Assembly: GCF_009914755.1 (NCBI RefSeq)
Contig: NC_060942.1
Strand: one strand, 5' to 3'
Length of the DNA: 64,000 nt
From: the human T2T-CHM13v2.0 reference genome, Homo sapiens
Position numbers and translations under genes: made by a program. This document shows, piece after piece, positions 47,963 through 61,099 of the stretch (its first letter is position 1; each line of letters begins with the position of its first letter). The notes beneath the pieces are model-generated. The model made no database searches. It was given only the letters and a program-made list of their open reading frames with translations, and had not been told where the DNA came from.

Positions 47963-50329
47963 TCTAGTCAAGGTTTCTGTTGCTTACAGCTAACCACATT
48001 CCTAACCTAACCTCTCTTCTACATTTTCTTGAAAAAGAGATACAAGCTAAGCTCTGGATTTTTAAAAATGATACATCCAGGTTCTGTTCAGACCCTTCAT
48101 TCAAATTTCTTTCAAATTTTTAAAAATCTGCCTCCCTTATGGAAATTATCAGTCTGCTATGTGACCAGCACAAAGAAGACTTTAAATATTTGTTGTGGAG
48201 TAAATACTTATCTGACTACATGTTTCATCTTCCTTACTAGGCTAATAGCTCAAAGTGGGCAAGGATTGTGTCCTATTTCTGCTCATACCCTCCAGTGCTT
48301 AGCAAAGTGTCCATATAGCTGTGAGTGCTTGATAAATATATAAATTACTTCACTATATATTCCATTTACTGGGGCAATTAAAGGAAGTTTCTGGCAAACC
48401 TTCCACAGCACCCTCAAAATCCTGTCACATTCTCTGAGTATTTGGGAAGAGTGTGTCTATTCTAAATAGTTGATTTTTATATACTTTTATTAGCTATACA
48501 GTAGAATGACTTTTCCTCTTCTCTTTGGCTTTCAGGAAGCTCAGCTAAATGCAGTTCAGTGGCAAAAACTAACTTTGGTTTGGCTTTCCTTATTTCCTCT
48601 AATCTCTCTATGGCTCCTAATTTGCTATTTCAGCTTTAATGTTTTTATTTTATTTTTGACTTTTATTTTTCAGTTTCTCATATATATTTTTTGAAATAGC
48701 AAGGTGAAAATTATACGTAAAACCAAGCCATTAGGAGTCTGAAATCTGCTAAGGGAGTGATCTTGTCTAAGGGAGTGAAAGAGTTTTGCTTAATGGTAAG
48801 AACCTGGTTTCAGTTTTTTTCCTTTATTAAATAAAATTTAGGGGATTTGCCACCTGTGTCTGTACTGTGGCGATATTCACACCACCATGGCTGGGTGAGA
48901 AAGGAGAAAACACAGAAACAGAGAAAAAGCCTTGCATATGTTTGATAATTGACATTTTCCACAACCCACTCTATTCCCCTTTCCCCCTCTGTCAACGCCT
49001 GTCATTCAGTCACTAGTCAAGCAACTGTATCCCTCACTTTGCTTTTCACACTGCTATGGTCTTTATTGGCTGTGTTGAAGTCTGAGAAGCTCTGTCCTCA
49101 CTCCTGCCTCTCCTAGAGTGGCTCCTCTTCTTTCTGGAAATTCTATCTGTGCTGGGAGGTCCAGCTTAGTTATCTGCTCCTGACTGCTGCAGCTCATACG
49201 AAGCCCTGTCCCACCTGGACCCATGGTCCGTCAACTTTGTGGTGTCTTGTTTGGCCCTTGTCTTGCTTCATTGAAGGGGTCCTCTCTTCCCAGGGCAGGA
49301 AATAGAGGCATTCCTGTGTTTCTCTAATAGTGTCTAGCTAGGGGTTGGTATACAGTGGGCACTTAACCCATACCTCATTAGATGCTACTTAGCATGTAAC
49401 CATAGTCCCAGATATGGTCACATTATGTATTATACTTCTAAGTTCCCTGGTCTTACCTACAAGAACACGAACAGGTCAGCTTGTAAACCAAGCTCATTCC
49501 TTAATACAAAGCCATAGGATTAGTGTTAGAAGAAGCCACAGAGCCATGTGAATCTGATCCTTCATTTCTAGAAGAAGCCCCGAGAGGAGAGGACTTTGTG
49601 AAGGGCCCCAAAGCTGGTTAGGTGTACAGCAGAGGCTGAAACTCAAGTCATGTGACTTTGTGTCACCATAGTCCCACTTCCCCCTGTTTATCCATGCCAA
49701 TCCTTGCACCCTCTTCAGAGTTTTAGCATGAATGCAGCAGGCTAAGGTTTGTATTAAAGCAAATCAGGGCACATTTCAACACAATACTGGGTGATTGTCT
49801 AGAAACATGAGTTGTACAAAATCAGATATATTTTAACTACATTGAGCTGTCTGACCAATTAAAGGATTTTAGAGGCAATGTTTTATAAAATGAAGGAACC
49901 ATTTCATGAGGTGAATAATCACCTCTTTTACCCATTGAGATTTAGCAGTGGTTTGTTTCATAAATGGAAGATTTGCCTGTTACACATCTTGGTTAGATTC
50001 AAAAGTAAACAGTTATGAATTTGTTTATAAATTCTGCAATAGGTATAAGTTATTTATGCAGTTGTGATTTTAGATGTGTAAAACTATAACTTTCTATGTT
50101 TCTGTAGAACAGAATTCACCTTTATTCTCTACCCCTCATTTCCTCCAAATGTGGAAAACAAACTTCCCAGTTTGAGATAACAAGCCACTTTTCATTTAAA
50201 CATAGTCAGTTCAGATTTGACCTCTGTCTTGCTCTCTTCGTTGGGAATAATCTAATTTCTAGGTCTTGGGTACCTCTGGCCCTATGGGAGGGGCACCTTG
50301 TTGACTCTGTTGAGGTGTCTCTTGTCCTG

Positions 50330-50730
50330 TGAGTTCTGGACTATTGACTCTGCCCTGCTGCACTAGTAGGAAGTGACCTTGGTCTCCACTGGGGCTTGCA
50401 GTTGCAAGGTCAATGCTTTTTGCTTTCACCTTGTCCCACCTGCAAAGCCTCTTTGCCTCTTTTCCAGCTGCCCTCTGGGCTACACCTACATTTCTTCTCT
50501 GCATGCCAGGGTGAACAGTCTCCCCAGGCTGATCTGGCCACCTAGACATGTACTCTCTGCCATTGCAGGTCTTCTGCTTAGGTACCATGTTGGGCAAGAG
50601 ACCCCTGGTCTCCTAGCTACCCTTCAGAAGGTGAACAATATTCCCTGTTCCCTTCAGCTTTCAGATCTCCTATGTCCATCTGAGATCTCTCATCAGGGTT
50701 TCAGTCATCCTGAAGTCCCCTTTTACCTAC
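50330..50730 (-). mobile_element. Probable CR1-clade LINE (L3/CR1) ORF2 fossil
   Basis: Minus-strand translation KRLCRWDKVKAKSIDLATA resembles recalled CR1 ORF2 RLCR(D/E)KIRKAKA..ELNLATA. Upstream DFR...LKG pattern is in the expected order. Confidence 0.4.
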
Positions 50731-51649
50731 CCGCTACCTCCCAGCTCTAATGGGGCAGTCCTATTGGGCTCCATGTCTGGGACCTACTCATTTAAATCCC
50801 AGGCCCATTTCCACTGATTTTCTTTCTCACTTGCTTCCCTGTGTCTGACCCTGGCATTTGGGAAGAGCAGGTGGGTAAGAAAATGGCTTTCACCTTGTAT
50901 TGTTCTCTACTCTGTGTTTAAGACCTATGCTCTGAGACCCCCAAGCCTCCTTAAAGTGCCACAGAATTTTCTCTTGCAAAACACCTTGCTTTCATGCCTT
51001 CATTTTTGCTAAGGACTTTTAAAGTCTTGCTCTGAAATTCCAAACTGGGCAAGGCACCATGTTCCTGGCTATATCCATGCCCTCCCCCCACCCCGCCCCT
51101 ACCACTGACCCGGGAGGGCAGGGCACCTGGAGAGCTGCCTAAGTGGTAAAGAAAGGTAACATGAAGAAAGCACCAAGAAAGGAGCCCTCAGTTGTTGCCT
51201 CAAAGTATTATCTACCATATTCAATCATTGTAGTAGGAAGCATAATCTGGAACACAGCTTCTCAACAGGTCTCCAGCTACAAATGGTTTATAAGTAGGCA
51301 GAGACATAGTGATGCCTTCAGCTCTGGAGGCTCCTGAGATACCCAGAGCCCTTGGAGCTATCAGCATTGGCTGAAAGTAGCCAAAAGGGAATAGGTTTCA
51401 AAGGACCTGCCACAGGTCCTCACTTGCAGCAAGCACAGGAATGATGCTCTATCCCTCTAGGTTATGCTGAGTGCAGCAAGAGGTGCTCTGCTACCTGCCT
51501 GTCAATTTTTGCAGGCAGTCACCTTTTGTATGCAAGGGGCATGGGGAGCTGCTGGAGGACTTCTCCAGGCACCCAGGGAGCACAGGATGAAGCCTCAGCT
51601 TTGAGGGAGATCCCTAAGTCTCTGCTTTACATTTATTGATTCTCCCTTC

Positions 51650-52336
51650 CATTTGCAACCGATAGCTCTTTTAGGGAGGTGTAAGCTGACTGCTGAGTGG
51701 GTGACTACTCTAATGTTGCATATGCATCCCTCAATCAAACTTCATCATTATGCTGAAACATTTGACATCTAAAATTTCAGCTCAATTAGAAGTCCAAATG
51801 TAATATCACAAGAAATTTCAACAGTACAATTCAACAGTACAGAAAACTCAACAGTACAATTGTCAGTGAAAAAAAGGCAACGCTGTTAGAGTCTTAAAAT
51901 AGAATTTCAACTGTTATATATTTTTAACTCTCTGTTAAAAAATGATTTAAATTTTTTACTACCTACTTGTGTGAACAAAGTTTCTTGTGGGTGGTGGTTA
52001 TTGAGAATTTGAGGAAACCATTTTTTATAAAGTATTGATAAGGAATAGGTGTGTAGTCATTTCAAACATAAAACATTTTGTTCATGGAAGCAAGTTCACG
52101 TTTTTCATTACAAATTTCAAAAAAATTAGAAAATTTTATACATATTCAATATTTAGTATCTTCCCCAATACTTGTTTTCCTTATTGTCATTATATAATGT
52201 AAAGAAAAGGTAATAAAAAATTTCCATCAAGTCCCATAGGAAGACTCCCAAATCTCTTTCAGTTTTATTCCAATGTGCAGCACAGTTTCATTATTTTGTG
52301 TATGTGCCACAATGGAAAGAGGTTTGGGAAACACTG
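51650..52336 (+). mobile_element. hAT-Charlie DNA transposon fossil (copy 2)
   Basis: TTTTTTACTACCTACTTGTGTGAACAAAGTTTC encodes FFTTYLCEQSF (hAT C-terminal dimerisation motif TYLCExxF). Ends in Charlie-type TIR AGGTTTGGGAAACACTG. Confidence 0.78.
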
Positions 52337-52344
52337 CTCTGCTG

Positions 52345-52470
52345 CAAGGAATGTGAATTCTGGAGGCAAACCAGCTAGGGCTCAAATCCCATCTCCGCCA
52401 CGTGCTGGCTGTGTAACTTTAAGCCACTTAACTGACCTGAACCTCAGTTTTCTCATCTGCAAAATGGGAA
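52345..52470 (+). mobile_element. MIR SINE fragment
   Basis: GGGCTCAAATCCCATCTCCGCCAC...GAACCTCAGTTTTCTCATCTGCAAAATGGGAA. Confidence 0.85.
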
Positions 52471-53514
52471 ATGACCTCGACTTCCAGGATTGGACTAAGA
52501 CCCAAAGACCCACGCTGGTACTGCAAACTCATTTCTGCATCTGTATGTGACCTTGCCCTTCTGAATTCTATTTCCCAGAGTTGTGGGTTCAGATGCTGCC
52601 CCTTGTGAGCTAGTATGATAGCATGTGAACCTACCGCCTGTCGGTAGGTTGTGTTAGGAGCTGGACCTCGGGAGGAACAGGGCTGGGTCACAGAGTCCCC
52701 ATAAAATAGCAGCTCCAGGAAGAGGGGAACCAGCTCCCAGCACCCAGCTGCCATTTGCTGATTTAGTATTCAGAATTCAGAATTTATGGAGCCGCCTTCC
52801 TCTGTCACATCATCCATCAGAGACAGACACTCAAGAGACGGAAGGGGAAAAAATTAAAAACCTGTTTATTGCTCAACTTGTTCTAGGCATGTTTTAGCTT
52901 ATTGTTCAGCTCTGTTCATTTCGGTGCTGCAATTTGAATGGCTTTCTTAGTTGCCATGGCTAACATGTATATATACGTATAGATGGGTGTACTCACACAG
53001 ATATCTTTTTCTTCAGAAAAATGAAAAGCCACCAGAAATTGTGCTGCAAGTAAAGTTTTTAAGGCTCAGGGTCGGCTGGGGCCTGCTGGAAGCCACCGTG
53101 GCCCTGCGCAAGCTTCCTGCATCCTCATACCCACCCAGGCCTCCCTTCACTGGTAGAGGGTGCTGCACTGCGGATGCTTATTGGGTATGCTGCATTTGTT
53201 CCTGTCGATGTCAAGGAGAGTTTGTGGGCAGAATGAGTATGGAATGCACAATGGCGACAGGCAGGAAAGGCAGGCACCAGGATGTATAGAGAGCGAGAGA
53301 GGCAGGACGGCAACAAGGACCATCTTTGTAGAAAAGGGATGATTTGATCACATCCAGTTCTTTATGAACCAAATAGTTCTTTAGGAACCAAACCTTCATA
53401 ATTTAGCAAACACTGAAATATGTCTGTTGCAGAAGAAAACGCTGTGAACGATACTCAACAGCAATTCAGAATCCTGGGTTAGAGGTGCCTTTACCACCAT
53501 CGCAGTTGAGTGGG

Positions 53515-53720
53515 GCCTCTAGGGTCAGACTATAAGGATTTGGTTCTCTCCTTCACCCTTTCTAGCTGTTTGACCTTGAGGTAGTTACTTAAATATCCTG
53601 TGCCTCAGTTTCCTCATTCTCCTCATCTGTGAATTGGGGATAATAATATCCCTGTCAGGATGAATGAAGTGCTTGGCACCATGCTTGGCAGGCAGAGGAT
53701 GCCCGATATGTGTTGTTATT
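53515..53720 (+). mobile_element. MIR SINE
   Basis: CTAGCTGTTTGACCTTGAGGTAGTTACTTAA...GTGCCTCAGTTTCCTCAT...GGGGATAATAATA. Confidence 0.85.
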
Positions 53721-54919
53721 ATACATTTGCAGTGTGTGCGTATATGGTTCCCTTTGCCTCCCTGGCTGTGAGCATTCCATGAGTAAATCTGAGATGGAAA
53801 TGCTTCCCACCCACCTCCAGGGCTGTTAAACTAATCACTCCAAGGTGTGGGATGTGTAGTTTTCAGAAGAGTATAAACTGTCACCACATGGTAGGGATGG
53901 TTAACACTGGAAGCCCTCCACCCATAATTGTCAGGTATTGAGCCCAGCCTATTAGAGATGAACTGGAGCTGGATTTCACGAGGAGAGAAGAGGCTCTTCC
54001 TTGCCTTTCCCTGGAAATGAAGCCCCCTGGCTTGGCTTGGAGGCATTTGCTGGGCCTGCTCAGTGAAAGTCCTGGCTGTGGCTTCAGAATATCACATCTT
54101 GTTCAGTTTACATTATAATCAGTACCCATTATATAAAAGATTATTTTATGTATTACAGACTTTTGTTTTTGACATATCAATTCCCTCTACTTACTCTGCA
54201 TCTAGAGAAGGTGCGAGAGAAATGCAGTGTTTTAGCAACAGTTGCTTCTAGAGGGGGGCCTGGAAGAAAGCCGTGCTTTCCAGTCCAAGGCAGAGGAATC
54301 CAGCATGGTCTCTGCCCATGTTGGGGGACAGGATGAGACAGAAGGGGCCTGATCTGGAATGGCTCAAGACCATTGCTAGACCAGGTAGGATTGGGGCTGA
54401 ACTTCCATGGTTGTTTGGGTAGGTGGAGGGGAGGTGATGGGGCTGCAGTGGATGTGGGGTGGGGGACGTGGGGGTGCCAGGAGTACCTGTGGATCTCTGA
54501 CAAGTCACCTGAGATCTTTTTTGGACATGAGCGAGGCTTGTGTGCACACACATACGTACAGACACACACAATCTGAGGATAATTAGATTCTGAGACCAAA
54601 GAGGTCAACATGACACCCACATCCATAGCTCATAAAGAACCTTTCCACAAAAGAGGATGCTGGCAGAGACAGCAAATGCTGTCCACTGTGTGCACAGGGG
54701 TTGGCTAGGACAGTGCAGGGCTGGAAACTACGCCACATGAGGCAAAGAATGAGGACTGGGGTAAAGATCATGTCGGACTCTCAAGGTCCATTCGAGGTAG
54801 TTGTGGCTTCTGGGGCTGCCAACTCTTCTCATTAGCTGTGAACTCAGAGTCAGAAGGATGTTCTGTGGGGCTGAAGCCTGTAGCTGAACTTGTCACTGTT
54901 TGATGACAGGAGAACACAG

Positions 54920-55135
54920 CGTCTGAGAAAGAGTGGGGTTTGGGATTCAGACAGGTTCAAATCTCTGCTCTGCTGCTTCCTGGCTTCATGAACTTTGATG
55001 AGTTACTCGACCTCTCTGAACCTCAGTTTTCTCATGTGTAAAATGGATCTAAGACTATCTACCTTTCAGGGTTATTTTAAGAAGTATAATCCATGCATGT
55101 AAAGTGCCTAGTTCATTACAGGAGCTCAACAAAAG
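54920..55135 (+). mobile_element. MIR SINE
   Basis: CAGACAGGTTCAAATCTCTGCTCTGC...CTCTCTGAACCTCAGTTTTCTCATGTGTAAAATGG...CATGTAAAGTGCCTAG. Confidence 0.85.
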
Positions 55136-55139
55136 GTAA

Positions 55140-55340
55140 AAAGTGCCTAACATTTTGCAAATCCTTCTGTGTACCATGTTCTGTGCTAAATGCTTTACGT
55201 GACTGAACTCAATTAATTCTCACAGTAACCCTTTCAGGAAGACACTATTATTATCCCTGTTTTCAGATGAGGACATTGAGGTGCAGAGAGGCTGACTAAC
55301 TTGCTCAGGGCCCCACCACTTGTCAGTGGGACAGCCAGGA
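55140..55340 (-). mobile_element. MIR SINE
   Basis: TGTGCTAAATGCTTTAC...ATTATTATCCCTGTTTTCAGATGAGGACATTGAGGTGCAGAGAGG...AACTTGCTCAGGG. Confidence 0.85.
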
Positions 55341-56543
55341 AACCGGCGGCTTAGGGCTTGGTGCTGCCTCTGTCACTACCACTTTTCTAGTGTGGAATTG
55401 CAATGAGGGAAGACGGTTCAAAATCGTTCCCATTCATATGCTTGTTAATTAACTCAAATTTTTTTTATATTGGTTAACATATCTCTATATAGTTGGGCAA
55501 CAAAGCCCTGTGAAGAGCCATTTCACTCTTCCTTCCTTGCTAAGCAGAACCCCAGTTCTCCCGTGGCAGATTGTGCTTAGCTAAGCCAGCCACAGCCCAC
55601 CTCTGCCTTCCCAGTCTCTTTTATGTTGGGGATGGCTGTGTGGGCCAGTCTGGCCAAGGTGGGAGTCAGATGGGACACTTCTGGGGACAGTTTTTCACTC
55701 TGAAAAACAATTAATTGGGTTCTCTATTACCCCAAATATCTTCTCTGTGGAGTTAGTTTTCAAAGATAACCTGCAGAATAGCTTGTGCTGTTTTCTCTGC
55801 TGCTTCTTGAGCTCCTGGGGCTGAAGAACATTTGAGTAGAGAGGAGGGCTTGAGACTGCTCTCCCTTCACCTAGGCAGAAACACCCATTTAGGCAGACAG
55901 GCCAAAGGCTTCATATGGGACTGGGGTGCGTTCCTTTCCCTTCCGGGTCAAGGACACGCTTGTGGTGAGGTAGGAATGGGGAGTGGAGCTGTGGCACCAC
56001 TGCTAGGCACTGTGCTAAGCAGGGAAGAGGCAAACATGTATCAGACCCTGGCCCTGGCCACATCGCTCCCACTTCAGCAATATGAAGGGCTTCATCCTTT
56101 CCCAACAAAACAAGGAGCCATAAAAATGTTTCCTCTCCTGACCCCATGACTTACTTCCTTCTTCACCTGGTGATCTCCTCCCCTTCACAGTCAAGGTTCT
56201 CCCTTTCCCTCCCCTCCCAAAGCCCAGGTCAGACCTGGCACACCTGTCTACCTCTGCAGGCTCAGCTCTCACCTCCTTCCTGGCCTTTGGGCTCCTGCTC
56301 TTGAAGTACACTGCAGCCCTGCTGGGTGTAGCTCATGATGGTCTCTGCTCATGATGGTCTCCCAGAGTGGATCATTTTGTCCCTAAATTCCTAATTACAA
56401 TTTTTCCTAATTTTCACTCACCTTTATACCTCAGTTCAGGTGCCACTTCTCTGTGACATCTTATCTCAGCCCCACGTACTTCCACATTTCTTATTTTGTG
56501 GGGCAGTTGTCTTTTCATTTGCTTTCCCCATCACTAAACTTGA

Positions 56544-56871
<328 letters not shown>

Positions 56872-57174
56872 GTGGCTATTCTTAAACACCACATTTTTGG
56901 TGTCCAGTACCTGGCTCAGCACCTGATACCTACTAAGTATCTAACAAATGTTAGTTGAGTGAGAAGACTAAGCCTTACTCTCAAGGAATTTGGAATAAAA
57001 TTGAGAAATACAATATGAAATATAATAAATAAAAATACAAGCCAGGGGCACGTGAATGGGTCTAGGATTTCTGAACAGAGAGATCTGTTAGGAGATTTAT
57101 GTAGTTATCTGGGCAAGAAATGATGAGGACCAGATCTGGGATTGCAAAGAAAGACACTGGGGAAATTCTATTTC

Positions 57175-57370
57175 CTCAATCATCCAGCAACCATTGATAA
57201 AACACCTACTATGTATCAGGCTCTGAGCACACATCAGTGAACAAAACAGCCTCAAATCTCTACCCCGTGGAGGTGACATTTTTAGTTGAGGAGAACAACG
57301 AGATGGATAAATAAAATGTATAGCCTGTCAGATGGTGCTAAGTGCTGTGGAGAAGTTGGGGCAGGGAAAG
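57175..57370 (-). mobile_element. L2 (L2a-like) 3' end
   Basis: ACACCTACTATGTATCAGGC...CAGTGAACAAAACAG...GTCAGATGGTGCTAAGTGCTGTGGAGAA. Confidence 0.8.
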
Positions 57371-60300
57371 CAGGCGTGCTGCCCAGAGCTCAAGTGCACG
57401 GCTCAGTGAACTGCTATACAAACCCCTTCAAGCCTCCCACCCACCGTGGCTTTCCCCGAAGCCTTTTCTGTCCTCTCTTGCCTACGTTGTCTTTGCTCTA
57501 ATTTAAAGAGACTGCAGGGCACTGAAGGCCCTGGCTGTCCACTTGACAGTGGTCACACACCGCTTTGCGTCATTGCACGGTTCCTCTGGTGTGTAGGAGA
57601 GTCTCCTATGCTCAGTCAGAAGCTCCCTGCGGACAGGGCCCACATTCCAGACTTCTATTTCCTGCTCTCTTGCAGCTTCATGCTCAGCTCCTATTAAATA
57701 TTCAATAAATACTTGTTAATTTGATTGATTGCATGATTCATAAATTGCAAGTGAAACCTCCAGTTAAAGTCTCTTAAGGAGTTTTTTCAAGGCACTGATT
57801 ACTAAACATTTTACAAAGGGGAAAACATCTTTAGAAGAGAAATTAGGGTACTAACTATTCTGGGTCTGATGATAAAATCAGAAACATGAACACACCATCT
57901 TTTCCCCAAGGAAACCAGGATCTAGAGAGGAAAACAGTTCACCCAAGAGGAAAATAATTTGGCCATGCCTACAGTAAGGCTTTTTGCTGACTCGATGTTC
58001 TTATCTGTAAAATGGGGTGAAGTACCACCTAGATCATTTATTTCAAAAGATATTCTGAGGGTCAAGTGAGAAGTGGAGGGATTTTTAAAGGAAAGACTTC
58101 AGCTTAGTGTAATTGTTCATTTCCTGGTTGTGACTTCTCCCTTTGTTGCTGCAGGGACAGAGGGCTCCTGGTCCACAGAACACATTCCCTCACACTCATC
58201 TGCCTCCTTCCCTGTTGGAAAATGAAGACTTGCCTCCCCTGTGCAGTCAGGAAGTACCTGCTATCAGGGAGAAGGGAGGTCGGGGAGAAGGCATTCTCCC
58301 TGTGAACCAACTCTGCCTAACAGCTTGCCTATTTTTAATTTAATCTCATGCCGTCCTCATTAGCATCTGGTTATTATTAGACCATAACCACAATAATAAG
58401 TATTCCACTTGTGTCTTCTATTTGCAGAGTGCTTTGCAATCATTTTTGTTAGTTAGTTGCAGTTCAGTTGTCCTAGAAACCAATATACACACAAACAGAA
58501 AGAAAAATGGGGTGGGGGTTAGGGTAAAGTGTCTACCAGGCAGCTCAATTTGTCTTTGACCAGCAGGATGCCAATGTTCCCTTGGGGGCACTTGGAGAAG
58601 TTAGACTAAGGTAAGGTAAAATTTTCTTTGGCCAGAAGAAAATCTGGAACCCAACTTGGGGATCTCTATTCAGTGGGAACACCTAAATGTACCTGCAGGT
58701 GACCTGGCTACTGCCATCCAGTTAATTAGTGCAGAGCTAGCCCCATGGTTCAGGATGTAGAGAGAGACTGTTCTTTGTCTTGCATCTGGGGCGACATCTG
58801 AAGAAATCGCCTTGTACATAAGCAAATGTACAACTCTCTCTCTCTGGGAGATCAGTCAATTACAGCCAATTGAGCTATTTCATTTCGGCTTGCAAATGGC
58901 TTTCAGTTACACTAGTAGACACATTAATCTAATAACTAATGATCATACATTTCACTAATCATACAGCCCTGCATGTGGTATAATATATAATTTAATATTA
59001 AGACATTTTCACATGTGCATTTTTACCAACAGTCTAGCTCAGAGAGCCATGCAAGAGCAGCATGGCAAAGAGGAGGAACCGGCTTCCAGGTGGAGGGCCG
59101 GCAGGCAGGCAGGCAGGCAGGTAGGAAGCGGGCAGAGTCCAGGAGGCTGAGCGCTACCCCTCTGGAGGGGGACTCTTCTTTGAGGATATGGAAGAAGATC
59201 TGTGTCAAATCAGGACCAAAGCTAACTCATAGGAAGGTTTTGTGATAAAAGCACCCCCTCCCACCCCACCAAGGCAGACTCATTGGAAAAGTGGCCCGTT
59301 GCCCTGAACTGACATATCCTGAGCCCAGGAGACTCCATTGAGCAGCAGAGCATGCACTGATTTCAGCCCCATTTGGGCTCCCTCACCAGGTGCCCTAGTT
59401 CATGGCACCATCCGGGTAACCCTAGACTGCTGCCCTGGAGAGCTTGGAGGCAGAATAGGAAAAGGGAAAACACAGCCCTCTGCAGGGCCAGCTCAGGTAT
59501 CTCATCCTGTATCTCTTCTGAAACTCCAACCCTGCAAACAGCAAATAACCTTGTTTGGGGGCTAGCGGAATGGCGTTACTGCACAGCATGGGGAGGGAGG
59601 AGGTGATACTAAGGAAGGCCTTTGGGTCCTGGGCCAAGTGTGTGTCTGAGCTTTGGGTCCTTCAGTATCAGCTTCCAGCTGTCACCTCCTCCACTCCTGG
59701 CTGCATCCCTGGGAGACTGGCCATCTGCCTGGTCATTGCAGTGACTCTGGGATTGTTGTCCTGGGATGGACAACCTGTGTCACTGTTTTCTTCAGGGACT
59801 GACTGATTGGGGTGATTGAGACCTCTTTCCAGCCCAGCCATTCTGATGTTCTGGGACTGATAGTAAACAATTCTCTTGAGGCTTAGAGGTGTGAAAAGGG
59901 CCAATCAACCAGGAGCCTGGAGTCCAAGCTTGAGCAAGTACTGATGAGCTCCATGACCTCTGGCAAGCCAGTCTACCTCTGAGCCTAAGCTACTCCCACT
60001 TCCAAGGAGATAATGACCCCCTCCAGAACTTTAAAGTGGCAAAATGCAAATCAATAGAGGGTACTAATTCACCCTTAAACAAAAGAGCTGCCTCATCAAT
60101 ACCCACGGACAGCTCCCTTGCATACAGACAAAAGGTGTGTTCCCTTTGGGAACCTGCACTGCATCCCCTCTCCAGGCATCATCAACTCACATGGCTACAG
60201 GAACCATGCAGGTGGGCACTGAGTGTCACAGGAGGGAGTGGAGGGGGTCATGGCATACTAGGGAAGCACATCCTGACTAAAGACAGTCAAATTTGAAAAA

Positions 60301-60623
60301 GAGAAAAGAGGTCTGTAGCCACCACTGCACAGTCTTTCACAAAGATCCCTACCTCTCTGCACCTTCAGGTCCTCTGGCAGTCATTGCCCATCACCCTGGA
60401 CTCAGCTCCAAACCTCTTCCTGGTGCTCAAGCCATCCCCTTGTTTCCTCTGCAGGGACCCTGCGGCTATGAGACTTTTCCAGGTACAGGTGCTTGTGCTT
60501 CTGTGCCCAGTTTCTTTGAGCACTTTTTTTGTTTGCTACAATTCCCTGTTGCAGTTGAGACAGAGACTGGTGAGGAGTGAGAAATTTAAGAACACAGCAG
60601 GCAGCATAAAGATGAGCATTAGA

Positions 60624-60926
60624 GGCTGGGCGCAGTGGCTCACACCTGTAATCTCAGCACTTTGGAATGCCAAGGGAGGCGGATCACTCGAGATCAGGAG
60701 TTGGAGACCAGCTGGGCCAACATGGTGAAACGCTGTCTCTACTAAAAATACAAAACTTAGCTGGGCATGATGGCAGTCACCTATAACCCCAGCTACTAGG
60801 CAGGCTGAGGCAGGAAAATCACTTCAACCTGGGAGGCGGAGGTTGCAGTGAGCTGAGATCATGCCACTGCATTCCAGCCTGGGTGACAGAGCAAGACTCT
60901 GTCTCAAAGAAAAAAAAAAAAAAAAA
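60624..60926 (+). mobile_element. Alu SINE, AluS (Sx/Sz-like)
   Basis: GGCTGGGCGCAGTGGCTCACACCTGTAATC...GAGCAAGACTCTGTCTCAAAGA(A)n. Degenerate TSD AAAGATGAGCATTAGA / AAAGTTGAACATGAGA. Confidence 0.95.
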
Positions 60927-61099
60927 GTTGAACATGAGAGAGTCTGAAAAGCCAAATGCTACAGTCCACTGTGATGGCAGAGGGAGGGCAGGGTTCAGTG
61001 GAGAGAAGAGAGCCTCAGCATTTCAAGGCATTAACCCAGAAGGCAGTGGTTGGGCTACATCCATAGGAATAGGACCAAGTGGGATATTGGCTCATTCTT

